The notes beneath the pieces are model-generated. The model made no database searches. It worked only from the letters and a program-made list of their open reading frames with translations, and was not told the DNA's origin. A stretch of 64,000 nt of DNA from the NCBI GenBank assembly GCA_965113315.1, contig OZ220376.1; one strand, given 5' to 3'. A program made the translations under genes and the position numbers. The DNA comes from Podarcis vaucheri (Eukaryota). This document shows, in pieces, positions 35,201 to 50,200 of the stretch; position 1 is the stretch's first letter; every line of letters starts with the position of its first letter.

Positions 35201-38200
35201 CTGCCTCTTTTGAAAAGGTCTTGAGCCTTCAAAGTGTACAAAGAACACAATGCAAATCAAGTAGGTCCTTCCCTTAATGTGTCAGGACAGCACTTGGACT
35301 CATGGGAAAGCCAGGGACTGTTGCCTTCTTGCAGCTGGTAAGCCGTTTGAACCATTCTGAGGTATTGGAACAGAGCCCCATTTTGCAGTGTTACCCGTTT
35401 CCTACAGTTGCCAGCTTTTCCTACTTCTGCTCCCTGGCTTTCCCATGAGTCCTGGGCCCTCACAAGCAAGGAAGCGACAACAGCAGCCGACTCCCGTCCA
35501 GGTACCTGCATAATGGCGCTGAACTGTGCTTCGTTCTCCATCTGCTCGTCAGCTACGCCTCTCTGGACACTCGCCAGAATGCTGGACTTGAAGAAGTACC
35601 GCCAGTTATGATGAAGGACCCGGAAAAGCAGCTCAAACAGTTCAGCTTTCACATCGGGAGAGGATCGCTTGGGGACAAAGGGAAAGCACGCAGGGAGTCA
35701 CCACACGCCCATCGCCAGAACGGCTCTCATTACCAGCACAGCCCAAGGCGGATGGTCAGAGAGGGAGGCGTTTGCTATGTAGCAGAAGAAGGCAGCAGTC
35801 ATGGGTTAGTGCTGCAGTTGCACACCCTTTAAGTACTGCCCTTCTCGAAAATAAAATCTAAAAGTAAGATGACCATCTGATTTTCAATCCATATTCCACC
35901 CAATGAAAGTTGAAAGGCAGCTTATTTCCATGCAATATTCAGTCCTCTTCTTTCCACAGGGAAGCAAAATAATAAACAGTGCCACTGCTTTCCTGACAAT
36001 TTTAATTCCCGCGGATAGTTTGGCTGCTGCCTACCTCCTCCCTGCCATTGGTCTCACCATGTGTGAACAAAGCACCCGAGGACAGATCACTTGGCAGCGT
36101 CTGAAAAATGGATCCCTTTTAAAGGAGTCAATTTGTGCATCCGACTGCAAGCCACCAAGTGGTGTACATCTGTTTACAGAGATGCCCTAAGGGCTTCTCA
36201 GGGGTGTGCTTCCACTGCTGTCCCATGACTCGGACCCTGCAAGAGCTTCTCCCTTGCCCCATCCCCTTCTGTCTCTCGCCCAGCCCCAGGATGGCCCTAC
36301 CTCCGCAACGATTGGGTAGACTTGCTCCATGCAGAGTGAGATGATGTTGGGTAAGAAAGGCTTGAAGACTTGGCCTGGCTCTTGCACCACCACCTGAAGG
36401 ATCCTCAGAAATTTCTCTACCACTCGGCACCCGGTGCTCCCGTCATGGAGGATGCTCTCGGCCAGCTGCTCTCTAAGGGCACAACACAAAAAACAATTAA
36501 GCTTTCAGGAAGACTTGGGTCTAGCTGTAGAGCATTTGTTTACAGGCAGTAAATGCATAGAAAATTCCCCGTCCCTTCTGAAATCTGAGCTACATACCAG
36601 TCTCAAAAGTGAGCTCCATCCTATTATTACATATTCATGTTCTGTGTCAAAGAAACAGCAGCAAAATATTAGCGACAGAAAGTTGAGTGGGTTACCTGGT
36701 GAACATGTTGAGGAACGTCTGTATGACCTGCTCGGTGAAAGGCACACCCATCTGCACCCTCAGCCCTTGAAAGAGGGTGAGGAAGAAGCTCAGCATTTCA
36801 TCTGTAACATCTGGAGACGGGAAGGCGGAGGAGCCAAAAAGGAAAGCGTTAACAAAAAAAGCAATGTTTTGACAAGTGACTGTCCCTGGGCAGGAGCCAT
36901 CTTTGCTATTTGACACTGGGCTGGCAAAGTGAATCCTCCCCTGGCACCTACTGCACAGCTAATGCCAAAGGCTTGACATCTTAGCCCTCCTTAACCAGCA
37001 GGTTCGAGAAATGGACAGCTAAGCAGCTGGTGACAAGGCCCTCTGTGTTATCAGTGTAATAGCATGTACAGCCCCACAGTCAATGGCAAGGCACTGGATT
37101 AGTGCACAGAATGGTTTAGATTGAACTCTAGTGGCTGACTGCGGAAATGCAGGACTGTAAAAAAAAAAAAATCTCTGACACCTGACCCTAAACTCTGTTA
37201 GAGGGTGGCCTATATACATATACAAAATAAAAAACCAATAAAATAAAATAAATACTTGAAATGAACAGTAACCTCTAGCAAACAACCATACTTAGTGTTA
37301 CAGTTGTGCACCTACACAAAAAGAAGTCATGCTGAACTCAGGGAGGGCTCACACCCTTGCTCTAGGTTGATTTTTAGCACAGTTTGGGTTGGATGTGAGG
37401 TTTTGTGTGACAGCAATTAACGTGCTCAGCCACTATGAAACATTTTATACACTTTTTAGTTTTTGTACCATTTGGTATAGAACTGCCATTAAGTGGCTGC
37501 TGCTTAGCTTAGTGCTGATATATGATTGCATTGGAATATTTATTTGTCATTAATTGATCCGTTTTAACAATCAATAGCTTGTTTTATTATCATTTTTAAA
37601 TATTATAACATTCAGATAAATCAAGCTATTTATTTGATGGTCATGTTATGTTTGAAGTGATTGAATTTTTGATTGCTATTGTAATGAAGCATTGTATTTG
37701 TATCTTTGTTACGCTGTGAGCTGCTTTCAGCAAATTTATATGGAAAAGCAACATACAATTTTAAACAAACAAATTACAAGTGGGCTATGGGTCATAATCT
37801 AGAGTTGTATCCTTGGGTTGCAATCCAACATATTTTCTGTAGGTACTCAAGAAGAGGGCATGTGCAGCCTGGAAACATACAGAGCCAAGTGCTAAGACTT
37901 AGCAATGCAGGATCAAAACTGAAGTTCTGGGCTTCAACACAGCATGAGGCACCCGAGCAAAAAAACCACAGACCAAGCCATACAACCTCTTATATATGTA
38001 GGAACATAGGAATCTGCCTTATGCAGTGTCAGACGAAGGTTGTTTTTAAGTTCAGAGGCATAAAATAATTTACACACAATATATTTTAGCTCTTTTCGCC
38101 CTTCTCCACCCACATTATTGCCCCCTGACGCCTTGGATCTGAGGGAACCTGGGCGACTGAGCAGGTGAGAGTTATTTCTCCACTTTAGTGATGGCCACCA

Positions 38201-41200
38201 GATAATAAAGATCCCTACTGGCTGAGACAAAGCAAGCATTCCCCCAGAAAGAGTGGATCGTGACTGGTTGGGTTTAAGCCGGTACAGCTAGGAAGTTGGA
38301 TTCTTGGATCCCCTGCATTGCAAATTCCCAACTTTTACCTGGGCACAATATGATAAGCATTTCTTGCTTGTAGCCACAGGCCACTGCAAGTACAATAAAA
38401 TACAAAAGACGTAGCAGAAGCAAATATAATCCCGCTCAAAATGAAATGACAGTTAAAGTCAACCTAAAAAACCATTTGGGGTTGCCCTTAATTTCTGCTT
38501 GCTCAAATTAACGAGTCACCTTTGCAAACCACCCACATTTAGTTTGAAAGCCTCGTTCAGATTTTCTTCACTGCAGTGAGACCTGTTAGGATCTGTGTTC
38601 GAATTGTTCCCTGTACATGGAAAAGATCAACCAGTTGGGACAGCCCAGTTGCATGCATAGTGCCATCTTGATTCCTGATAAATATTCTCTACACGAGTGT
38701 TGGTAGGGGGGGCAGGAATTAATGTGGCGCCGGCAGCGCCTGTACGACCATGGCAGCCCGATGGGACTTCTTGCCAAGTACAGGTGAGAGCTCCTGAATG
38801 ACCCACGCCTGGAAAGGCTGCCCTGTGGTTATACCTGACTGATGAATGAAAGCTGGGAAGAGGGCTAGCGAGACCTGCACAGACTCCTGTAGTGACTGGT
38901 AGCAGAGCTGGCGGGACTTGGTGGCTTCCCCAGAGATGCTTTCCACGATATCTTCCAAGACGCTGAGAGTCTGATGGATCACTGTCTTGGCTGCAAAATC
39001 AAGAGAGGACATTCAAACCATCAGCCCAGGGCACCAGTGGGGGTGAAAATAGATAAAAGTTAAGAGGTGGTAGCCCGAAATTCCCAAACCATTTGCTGTG
39101 AGAAAATGGCTATGTTTTCCATGGGAAATTACAAAATGTGGACCCAAGACACCCATCCCAGAGGTGCATCTCTGTAAGATTTCCTATGCTGTCTTTGCCT
39201 CCTCCTAAACAGCTTCTACTGAGAATGGGTCAGTCTGTCCTGTCTCTGAAGAGACGTAGCATAATCCTGGACAAATCCAGGATCCCAAACCAAATTGGGC
39301 CAATCCAGGATTTGTCTAGGCAGCCCCAAACTGCTTTAGGTTGGATCCATCTGAAGTGATCCAGGGCTGCCAAACAAGAAAGCGGCTGGTTGGTGAACAA
39401 GGGAGGAGGAGGAAATGATGGCGGCAGAGACATCGCCTCCTTATTCCCTCCCCACACTGATCGAGTATTTAATTAGGCTTTAAACCCCTGATTAAACATG
39501 CGGTTGCAAAAGTGCCTAAATCCTTTCCTTCTCCCCCTCAACCACCAACCACAGGTTGAATTAGGATTTAAAACCTTAACTGAAGTGCTGCACAAGGTCT
39601 CCCTCATTGGGTTTGGGTAAGTGGGGAGCCTGCTACAGTACACACCGCTTCCTGCCAAACAGCTGTTGAACGGGGTACCATAGCATTAGCGAGAGCTCCC
39701 ACATGCCATTTTGGAGCCCTTGGAATATTTTTTTCCCCTGGACTTTTGGCTCACTGACATCCTTTTCAGGCTCTGGGAGGCTCTGGGGAAGGTTTCCTTG
39801 CGAGCCACAAGGACTTTCCAGCTGTCTCTTGCCATTTCAGGTTAGGAATTCAAAACGACCTTGACAGATTAGAGAACTGGGCCAAAACAAACAAGATGAA
39901 TTTTAACAGGGAGAAATGTAAAGTATTGCACTTGGGCAAAAAAAATGAGAGGCACAAATACAAGATGGGTGACACCTGGCTTGAGAGCAGTACATGTGAA
40001 AAGGATCTAGGAGTCTTGGTTGACCACAAACTTGACATGAGCCAACAGTGTGACGTGGCAGCTAAAAAAGCCAATGCAATTCTGGGCCTCATCAATAGGA
40101 GTATAGCATCTAGATCAAGGGAAGTAATAGTGCCACTGTATTCTGCTCTGGTCAGACCACACCTGGAGTACTGTGTCCAGTTCTGGGCACCACAATTCAA
40201 GAAGGACACTGACAAACTGGAACGTGTCCAGAGGAGGGCAACCAAAATGGTCAAAGGCCTGGAAACGATGCCTTATGAGGAACGGCTAAGGGAGCTGGGC
40301 ATGTTTAGCCTGGAGAAGAGGAGGTTAAGGGGTGATATGATAGCCATGTTCAAATATATAAAAGGATGTCACATAGAGGAGGGAGAAAGGTTGTTTTCTG
40401 CTGCTCCAGAGAAGCGGACACGGAGCAATGGATCCAAACTACAAGAAAGAAGATTCCACCTAAACATTCGGAAGAACTTCCTGACAGTAAGAGCTGTTCG
40501 ACAGTGGAATTTGCTGCCAAGGAGTGTGGTGGAGTCTCCTACTTTGGAGGTCTTTAAGCAGAGGCTTGACAACCATATGTCAGGAGTGCTCTGATGGTGT
40601 TTCCTGCTTGGCAGGGGGTTGGACTCGATGGCCCTTGTGGTCTCTTCCAACTCTATGATTCTATGATTCTATGATTCTATGATTCTATGAATTGACTGCC
40701 TGGTGCCACATGTATACACAGTCACACACAAGTGGGGGGGGGGATGACTGCATTTATATAGTACCATTAGTGAGCACGACACTTTACAGAGTACGAGAGA
40801 TGCATTTGTCCAAACTTTGCAACCCCCAGCACCAATCCCCTTATTTTCCCCAGAAGGACCAGCTGGAAGGGAAACAAAACTGATATCAACCTCTCCTGGA
40901 CTTAGGGGGACTTCAAGATCTCAATGTTACTCACAGCTATAATTACAGATAGGTAGCCGTGTTGGTCTGCCATAGTCAAAATAAAAAAATTCCTTCCAGT
41001 AGCACCTTAAAGACCAACTAACTTAGTTGAACTAACTTAGTTGGTCTTTAAGGTGCTACTGGAAGGAATTTTTTTATTTTCACAGCTATAAGCAAGGGTT
41101 AATTGCCAATGGACCATTGGGAACTGAGACATCAGTTATGCAAAGCTGCTATGTGGATACTTTGGCCAGAATGTCAGAGAGGTTTACCGATCCTTCAGTT

Positions 41201-44200
41201 TCGTCTGTGCTAGCAGTTACTCTGCCGTTGCTAACAAGGCCTGTATTGGGGGAACTTACTATCGTCCTGCTGTATTTTCCTCTGGGGCAAGATGGCACTG
41301 GGTTTCAGGCTGCGGTAATCCCTGGTGAGGGCGGAGATTAGGCTGGCGTGGTTAGTCGAGCGAATGGCCCACTGCTGTTCACTTTCCGGGAGGTTTGGCC
41401 ATGGCAGCAGCAGGATATTTGAGAGCGCTCGGCACACGAGTATCTGAGCCTGCGGAGAATAAGACAGATCAAACAAAAAGAAAGAAAAGAGGTAAGGAGG
41501 GAGAGCGAGGAGGAGGAGCTGAAGAAACACAATCAGCAGCTCCGAAAGGGAAAAGGATGCTGGTGTCCAACCATTTAGATGGTGTTGCCTTGACACTACA
41601 CTGCACAGACATGCCAACAGCAGAGCCAAAGAGCTTAGAGTCAACAGGCTTACTGAGCACTAAAAAGAAGAGGAGGAGAAGTTTGGATTTGATATCCCAC
41701 TTTATCACTACCCTAAGGAGTCTCAAAGCAGCTGACAATCTCCTTTCCCTTCCTCCCCCACAACAAACACTCTGTGAGGTGAGTGAGACTGAGAGACTTC
41801 AGAGAAGTGTGACTGGCCCAAGGTCACCCAGCAGCTGCATGTGGAGGAGCGGGGAAGCGAACCAGGTTCACCAGATTACAAGTTTACCACTCTTAACCAC
41901 TACACCACACTGGCTCTAAGCAAAACACACGTGTATGGTTCAAATGCATGCTGCTCCTCTCCCCTCTCTTTATTGGAAGCAGCTGTGAGATCGGAAGCAG
42001 GCCACTTCTAAGCTACCCAGAATTACTTGTGTCTGAAGCATCTACAGCTAACGGACATGCAGTGGTGTTGCTCCGCTACCCAAGCCAATAGAATGGCAGC
42101 TCGCTCACTAAGTCCCACCGTACCTTATCAGGGAGGCGCTGAGCAGAAGTATCTGTGATCCTGTTGAACATTTTCTGGACAGCTGGGATGCTGATAAGAA
42201 ACACGGGGCGTACTGTGGTGGCCAAGGAGACGAGCAGGTGGCAGGAGGACAACAGTAACTTCTCTTGTACCTGAGCGGGGTGGGGGTGGGGGCAGGGGCA
42301 GGAGGAGAGAGATCTTCAGCCTCTTTTGTAACTGAATCAACAGAAGGGTTTGATCCAGAAGATTCAGAAATGGTACATAAGAGTGAACAGGTTTGTTGTG
42401 ACGGCTACTCCACGGAGGGGCAGCTGAAGGACATGCACTGGTCTTCTGGAACCTCTTCAATAGCTTATGAATGGGGAGCCAACCAGCAACAACAATAACC
42501 TAGCCAGAATCTTGATTATGCCGCTCTTTCAGCCCATGATTATAAGAGGCAGCAAGAAGTTTAAGACCTCTCAGGAGTTCTGAGGGAGAGCAATTTATCC
42601 AAAAGCTAAGCCAACCTCCCCAGTTGGCGACAAGGAAGACAAAAGACAGGAGAAGCCAGAACCCAACCTGAAAAGTTTTGGAGAGGACTGCAGCTCAACC
42701 ACTGCTCTAAACAGCACAGGACGGACAGAGGAGAACCAGGTTGGAGGCAAAAGTTCTCATGCTCCGGTTCTGCCTTTTTTTCTTTTTTGTTCTCCTGAGC
42801 ACTCGCTTTGAAAGATCACCTCCCACCCAAGAAAGGGAAGCTCAAGCGGCTGCAAAATGGTAGCTCAACCCAGCAGCAGTTCACTACTGACATTTCAAAT
42901 GAGGCAGCTTCCCATTATACACATTGACCAATAAGACCGGTCCCCACCCTCAAAAGTTAATTTACGTCCCCTGCACAAGAATGGCCACCCTGCCAGGCAA
43001 AAGAGGGATAGTTCCAAGGCTTGGATTTGTACACAATGGCTGATGCCTCTGGGTCATGCATGGTACCTTAGAACTGATTAGTGGAGTGATTGCTTCCAGG
43101 GCAGTAGAGACAAGGGAGACAAATTGTGTGGGGTTTTGCCGATGAACTTCACCGTAGAACTGTGCTAGCCAGTGACAGTAAGCCTGCAGGGCTGCAAGGG
43201 ATTGTGCATGCCTAGAGAAACAGAGAGAGACAGAATCTCAAATGTAAGCTGAAGGGATTGGAAGTACACAAGACCAATAAGCTTCAGGTCTACTCATTTC
43301 CTGTTGTGTATCTGATTTGAACCCTGGCTTCCTAGGTCTAACATGCTAATCCAGCCTTTCTCAACATGGGTCCCGAGATGTTGTTGGACTACAACTCCCA
43401 TCATCCCTGACCACTAGTCAACCCAAGGCTGAGAAAGGCTGCTTTAACCACTACATCATGCGGGCTCTGCAAAACTGGTTGGCTGGGCTCAGGTCATAGC
43501 AGTCCATGACATCATTTGGCTAGGGCAGCTGCATCATGAGGGAGTGAGCAACACAGAGGAAAGGATATGAGACACATGAGCTGGGCCTATGGAGTCAAGG
43601 AGTGAAAACATCTGACATTCCTAGCAATGCCATAATCTATTAAAAGGACTGTTGACAAGCTGCTACAGAAGCTGCACAGACCACAGTGGCACTCTGACCG
43701 TGCAACTCCCTCCCACAGGACATGGAGAAGCAAAACTTTGGGCGCATTGTTTAGCCTTGGATAAGGAGGATCGCCAGCTGGGAAGGGACGTTTGGTGGGG
43801 CTGGGCTGTGGTCATTCAGACTCTGCTGGGCCCCTCTGATTTCCTGTGCAGGAAAGATCTTTCGCAACCCCCATCACTACCAACGACTGCAGGGTGGAAG
43901 AACTCTAGAGAGTTCCCTTGCATAGGAACAAAACATGTCTTTTGGCTTCAGTAAGGAACTAGACTTCAAGTGAGCATTTCTAAAACACTTTCTAACCCTG
44001 CATTTTTTATTATTATATCATACTCACACATCAATAAGGTCAGGTTTCAGGACAGATGGCACAGCAGTTTCAATATTGTAGAGTTTAATCTGGGACCCAT
44101 ATAGAGTTACCTTGACCAGTCTGTGGGAGGAGATAAGAGGCAAGGAAATGAGGAAAATAATATACAGGATCCTCTGCTATCTTGAACATAAACCCTGCTT

Positions 44201-47200
44201 TAGGTTGGAGGCACAGAATCTATGCACAGAAAGGAAAGGAAGGGAACGTGTGTCCAGTTTTGCCCATTTGTAAGTAATGCTGGTTGAAGACATTCTGGGG
44301 TCTGATGTTGTGTTCAATTGCTTTTAGCAATTTAAAAAAAAATGATTTTCAGGTTTATATATTTCACTAATTTTACAATCATTTTAACATTTCAAAACTT
44401 GACTTACTTCCCCCTCTTTCTGCAGTTCCTTAATTTTTAAAAAATATCTTCTGCATATCCAAATTAACTTAATCTGCTCATTTATTCATCTACTTTAAAT
44501 ATATACTCTTATGAAATTGCAGGTTATTACAATAATCCTGCCAATGTTCTTATCTGTTTACAATTTATTTGTAAATATTAAATAAACCAATTCCATTCTT
44601 TTATAAAAAGTTTGTTATCTTGATTTCTTATTTTTCTGGTAAGTTTTGCCATTTCTGCATATTCCATAAGGTTTTGTACCCATTCTTCTTTTGCTGGGAC
44701 TTCTGCTTTTTTCAATTTTTGGGCGCAGTTTAGGTAGTTCTGTTCCTTTAATTCCCAAAAGAAATGTTTATTTTGTTTTTGTTTTTTACAAATGTTTATT
44801 TGTTTCTAACTTCTTACTGTTAGCTACTCTGAGCTATTCAAAGGAAAAGGAGGACGTCCTTTTTGGATACAGTCCTTCAGAACAAATAAGGAGTCTGGAG
44901 ACATCTGATTTGGAGAGTTCTGAACCCTCATCCAGCCTGCCAAACCTTATAAGTAGTATGTTCTACTTCAGGGGTGGGGGACTGGATCTGACAGGTGGGC
45001 AAGATCATGGCATCCCCATCTGCCGTCGGTGACTTTGACAGGTGGGCAGGACCAAACCCAGCATACCTGTGTTTTGCGCTGAATGCAAATATCGCTTGCT
45101 GCAGGTACAGATTTACCTTGGATTGCATTTCACAGCAAATTTACAAAGGTGCCAAATACAAATTCCAGTTGCAGATAAACAACCAGAGGTGCACTTTCAG
45201 GCTCATTAGTCCTTTGCAGCTGGCTTTGCCTGAGGTCATATCACATCAGTGTGGGACAGATGAGGAAATAGGGCTTCCTGGGTCAAATTAGGATCCTTGC
45301 CTGCTTTGGCCCACAGGTAAGAGGCTTGCATGCCTGCCCTACCACTTCCACTGTCACTGCCAGTCAGTGAAGGCAATACTGAGCAAGACAGACCAGTGGC
45401 CTGATTTGGTATAAAGCATCTTTCTATCTTCTCCATTGGAAGCACAACACCCATAATCACGGCTGCATATTGTAATCACTGGTGTTTATATTTTGGTGCT
45501 ATAATGGCATTGCTTTATAGTGTATTTGAATTATGGTCTGTTTTAAAAATTCTTCAGCATTTTAACAATGCTGTGCTATTGATTTCTATGTTTTATTTAT
45601 TTCTTTTATCTATTTAACTGCATTTATATGCTGCTTAGTCATCAGCATTTCTAAGCAGTGTGTGTAAACTGCACAGGAGTCACCTTGGCATTTGGCAGCA
45701 TAAAGAACAGCAGGATTCTCTTAGGACTGCACGTAAAGCCCTACAGGAGGCATATCATAAAGAGACAGTGGCTGGAGCTGAAATGCCAGCAGCTATTAGC
45801 TGGCCTGTCCCAGAATCCAACTCTATAAGAGAGTCACGCTGCCTACCTCTCCACTACAGTATGAGCATCGCTGAACCTCGCGGCAAACATGTCCCCCGTG
45901 AAGTACTCAGCTAACCGACCAACCGCTTGGAGCAAGGAGCTGAGGTCGCGCAAGGAGCAGTGTAAGCGCCGACAGTCGTTCTCCGCAGTGATGTTCAGCC
46001 TGTGACCTGAAAGGACAGCATGAGCCAGTGGGAATAAAAATGCAAGGAGAAACCGGAATACAAGTGCTTCTGCTAATAGAGACAAATTACTGCCCATTAA
46101 GGTGATTTACAGAAATGGCTGTCTCCTGCACAAACTCTTCATAGAATTCAAATACAAAGATTGTCCGAAGCCTTAACCTTGTAACACACAAGGCACTCAT
46201 AGGAGAAATCTAATTATGCAGATAGCTTGCCAGGAAATGAAACATTTGCCGTAATTACATTACATGCATTTGCTCTGCATTAGCTGTCTTGCAGGTCACA
46301 GTTCAAGCACCGAATGCAAGCAAGATTGCTAAATTAGGCAGCTTAGAAAGGGGCATTGTTAAAGAGGACATTGGGGTTTTAATCTTTACTAATTATTTGC
46401 AGCTCTTTTCCTTCCAAAAAGCTAAAATATTTTTCAGAACAGGGTGGCCCCGCTCTACCACACAAGCAACAACAGGGACCCAAACAGCAGAAGTCAAAGT
46501 AGTTTAATCGTAGATAGAAAATCCTGATTGGTTCAAGGGGGTGGGCTCTAGACAACTGCAACATAGAGAAGCTGCGTGTTTCTAATATCCGCTGCTGAAG
46601 AGCACACCCACAAGAAAACACACTGGGATCTAGTACTTCCAGTTAAATAGCAGGAGCCAAAGCAATCTTAATTTTGTGGCCAGAGGTGCCATCTTCTTAA
46701 GAGGATTGAGGGTGCCGGTGTCTGTTAAGAAGATGGTACCTCTGGCCACAAAATTAAGATTGCTTTGACTCCTGCTATTTAACTGGAAGTACTAAATCCC
46801 AGTGTGTTTTCTTGTGGGTGTGCTCTTCAGCAGCGGATATACTTTGGTGGGGAAGGAGTCGAAACTGCCCCAGCCCCTAGGAGTTGGCTTGCCTGTTGTG
46901 GGCGGTTACCAGCCATTTTGACCTTGAACATGCCTAGCCTACTGTAAAACGCTCTACACAGGGCTGCCTTTCAGTCTGTGCAGAATGTGGCAGCCAGATT
47001 CCTAACTTGTCTGGCTGTTCTGATCTTCTCTCAGGCCTCTGCTGCATTAGCTGCAGAGGTTCTTGGTCTGTTGCCGGCCCAAATTCAAACTGTCAGTTTG
47101 ACCTTGAACATCTAGGGGTCCAAAAAGCAGCCCATCTCCAAATATACCTTTCTGTACCTTAACATGGTCAGCAGAAGGCCTTCCACAGAATGCCCTCCCC

Positions 47201-50200
47201 ATCTAAGGAGAGGTGGTTGGTTGGCAGGCAGAGGGCTTTCCCAGTGGTGGCACCCCAACTATGGAACAGCCTCACCCTAAAGAGGCTTACCTGGAATAAT
47301 TTTTGTTATTGTGGTTCCAGGCAAAGGTCCTTTTTATTATTTCCATAACCCTTTGTAATCTTTTCTTTTTTAAATGTTTTACAATCTGTTAATTGTTTTA
47401 TGCTTCTTCAGTTTTACAGCCTTATTAGTTATACCTGTATTTGAAAGTTTACTTCGATTGAGACACTTTGGAATTAAAACTACTTAGGTGTCATACAAGG
47501 TGTTTAGCCAAACTGTATTATTATATGGAATTTTATTAAAGGGCATGATATAAAATACATTGCCCCCCCCTTGAAAAACCTCACTTGAGACAAGTTATAT
47601 AATGCACAAGTTAAAACATCTTTTTTTAAAAAAAAGTCATATTTCTGTAAGCCAAAAAAGAATTTACAACAGGTAGAATGTATTAACCTCTATATAATGC
47701 AGAATAATATAGTTAGACACCATACAGAGTAAGCAAATTTTAGCTACTGGGATGTTTTTGCCAGTATAAATTGCTGTTTATGTCAGTATGAACGTGCATA
47801 CTTAAAGCTGTTTCCCCAAGTTAAAGAATGTCAGCTCAGTGATGAGCCCCATATTATAGCAACACAAGCAGCACACAGAAATGAGATTTCAAACACTGGT
47901 AGTTTGCCTTACCTGTTCCTGAAGTGACTACGAATTGTTGGAGTCCCAGATATACATCTAGATTTTCCTGGAGAACTGGAAACTGAGAAGAAGAAAACAT
48001 GCATAACTACAAGCTCCTCAACTACAGTAACCATATATGGTTCCCTGCTGTTTAGAATGCGGACCTAAGCACAATTCATCTGTCACCTAAACTTTCATGG
48101 ACAGGGAAAATAAAAGTTTGGGAATTCAGGATTGGTTCAGTATCATAGCCTTACAACGAAAAATGATGTCAATGGGACACTGCAGGAAAACAGTTCCCCT
48201 GGGGGAGAAGCTTTTCCAAAACAGGACTTGCTTACTAATGGTCTGCAGAATACTCTTAAATATATGTTTGCAGAACTGCATGGGTCCCAGTGGTCAACAG
48301 TAACATCCTCCATTGCCTTTACCCGGCATTCAAGTGCCCCAAGGGCTTCACATACGTTACTGGGGATGTCTATGAAGATAGGCAAGGCACCGGTAAAGGT
48401 AAGTCACTGTTCCCATTTTTTGTCCCACCTTTATGCAGTGGCCGCCAAGGAAGCATATATGCAACAGTGACACACAGGAATACACAAAATAAAGCAGATT
48501 AACATAAACAGTGTCAGCCTTAGCAACGGGGGGGGGGGGGGGAATAACCATGAACAATTCCATAATGATAGCCTGCCTGTAATCACCAAAATCATAATGG
48601 GAGGACTTATGCTGAGAGTGCAGCTTGCTTTTAAGGTTCCCTAGTCAATTTATGGTGAAGGGAGAGCTGGATCAGATTTATAGCACAGTATCCTATGGTC
48701 AAAACTATGTGGCACTAAATATATCATTAGCAACAATGCCTGTGTTTTTAAAGACAGTATTAAGACATCACTCCCTACACCTTCCATTTTTCGCAGGAAA
48801 AACTGTACACGAGAAAGGGAGGTTAAACCCTTCCTTTTCCAGTCACATTCCTGCCATAAACTGCCCTACACTGCTCTGCAATTACTCTTAGAAAGTGTTC
48901 CTATAGGTACTAATGTGACTCCCACACCCTCAGGCTAAATATTGCAATGTTGCCGGGGAGTGGGGTAGCAGGATAGTGGTAGAATCCAGTTCCACTGAAA
49001 TCTGCCTCCCCCAGCTTAGTATTTTTTTTAACCCAGATGTAATGGCAAACAAGGCATACAATGTCACATGCTAATACTGGCCAGGAAGGGAGGGGTTTAA
49101 CCTGTCTCCAGTCTCATGCAAACTTCCCCCAACAATGCATGTAGCACTACATGTGATTTGTCACATTGATCATTTATAGCTACTGTTCTGCTAGTGTACA
49201 GGTCAAGGGTCAGAGGATGAAGTGCTGAAAAAAAGAAGAAGCAACACAAGCTCCTAAAATGTGAAAAGCCTCACAGCCGCCCCCCAACTGCAAGCCTTTA
49301 AACACACACCATGCTGCTAGATTTGCAATGTAGGTCTAAAAATGCACCATCTGTTGGCAAACTGCAGCACTGAGTGTCCCCAAACTGGAAAGCACCAAGA
49401 GATGAGCAGGGAATCCCTGCCAGAAGTGTCAATCTCACACCAAGGAATTCTAAGTGCTAATCTAGCACCACCGGACAAGGAGATGGCATGCTGTGTTACT
49501 AGCTGGCAGGTATGTCACAGCTTTGCAACAGGAAAGCAAGATGGGAGACACAGGGAAATGATCAGATGCCTTGGCTGCCATCCCAGGAGTCAATGTCATG
49601 TGGCAGGATTTAAACCGCATAGTTGTTCCAGCTAGGTCTATGAACTCAAAGCCTACCTCCTAGTGGGCAAAAGTTTAGCAGAGCCATCTCATACTACTAC
49701 TAACTTGGCATGCTCCTTGTGGCAATAGCCGCAGAGAGGGTGTACATGATGTGATTTCTGCCAAGGAGGTGAGAAAACAGATATTCAGTCTCGAACTGGA
49801 ACCCAAGGTGGAGGTGTGCCATGTGACCGTGTATGATCTTGTGACATGCGCATGCCAGCATGTAGCTGTTAAAGGAGTGGCCAACCCTCAAAGTGGACCC
49901 TAGGCAGAAAAAGGTTAAGCCATCCCTGCTCTATACAAAAGTGGCACACAGGAACACAATTGCCACCAAATACTTTCACTTTACGCTTGCCAATTGATTT
50001 TAAGATTCCTTGAAAAGGTGAATGACTGAAGCATTGCTTGAAGTTAAGCTAATGCCTTTCATGTATGAAAGAAACTTTGCAAGTGAGTCATGTGTACTGG
50101 GTATTTATTTATTTTTAAGTTAATATTGCTATTATTATTTGAGCCTCCATTCTAGGTCAGAAGGACCACAATCCTCAAACATCTTTTCCCACCACCATCT

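Noticed and set aside
39896-40594. 232-aa ORF as a host gene
   Set aside because: It is the C-terminal part of CR1 ORF2, followed by the CR1 3' UTR and tail.
48527-48542. Poly-G run, and short tandem duplications elsewhere (e.g. 12555-12583)
   Set aside because: Ordinary simple-sequence slippage with no further structure.
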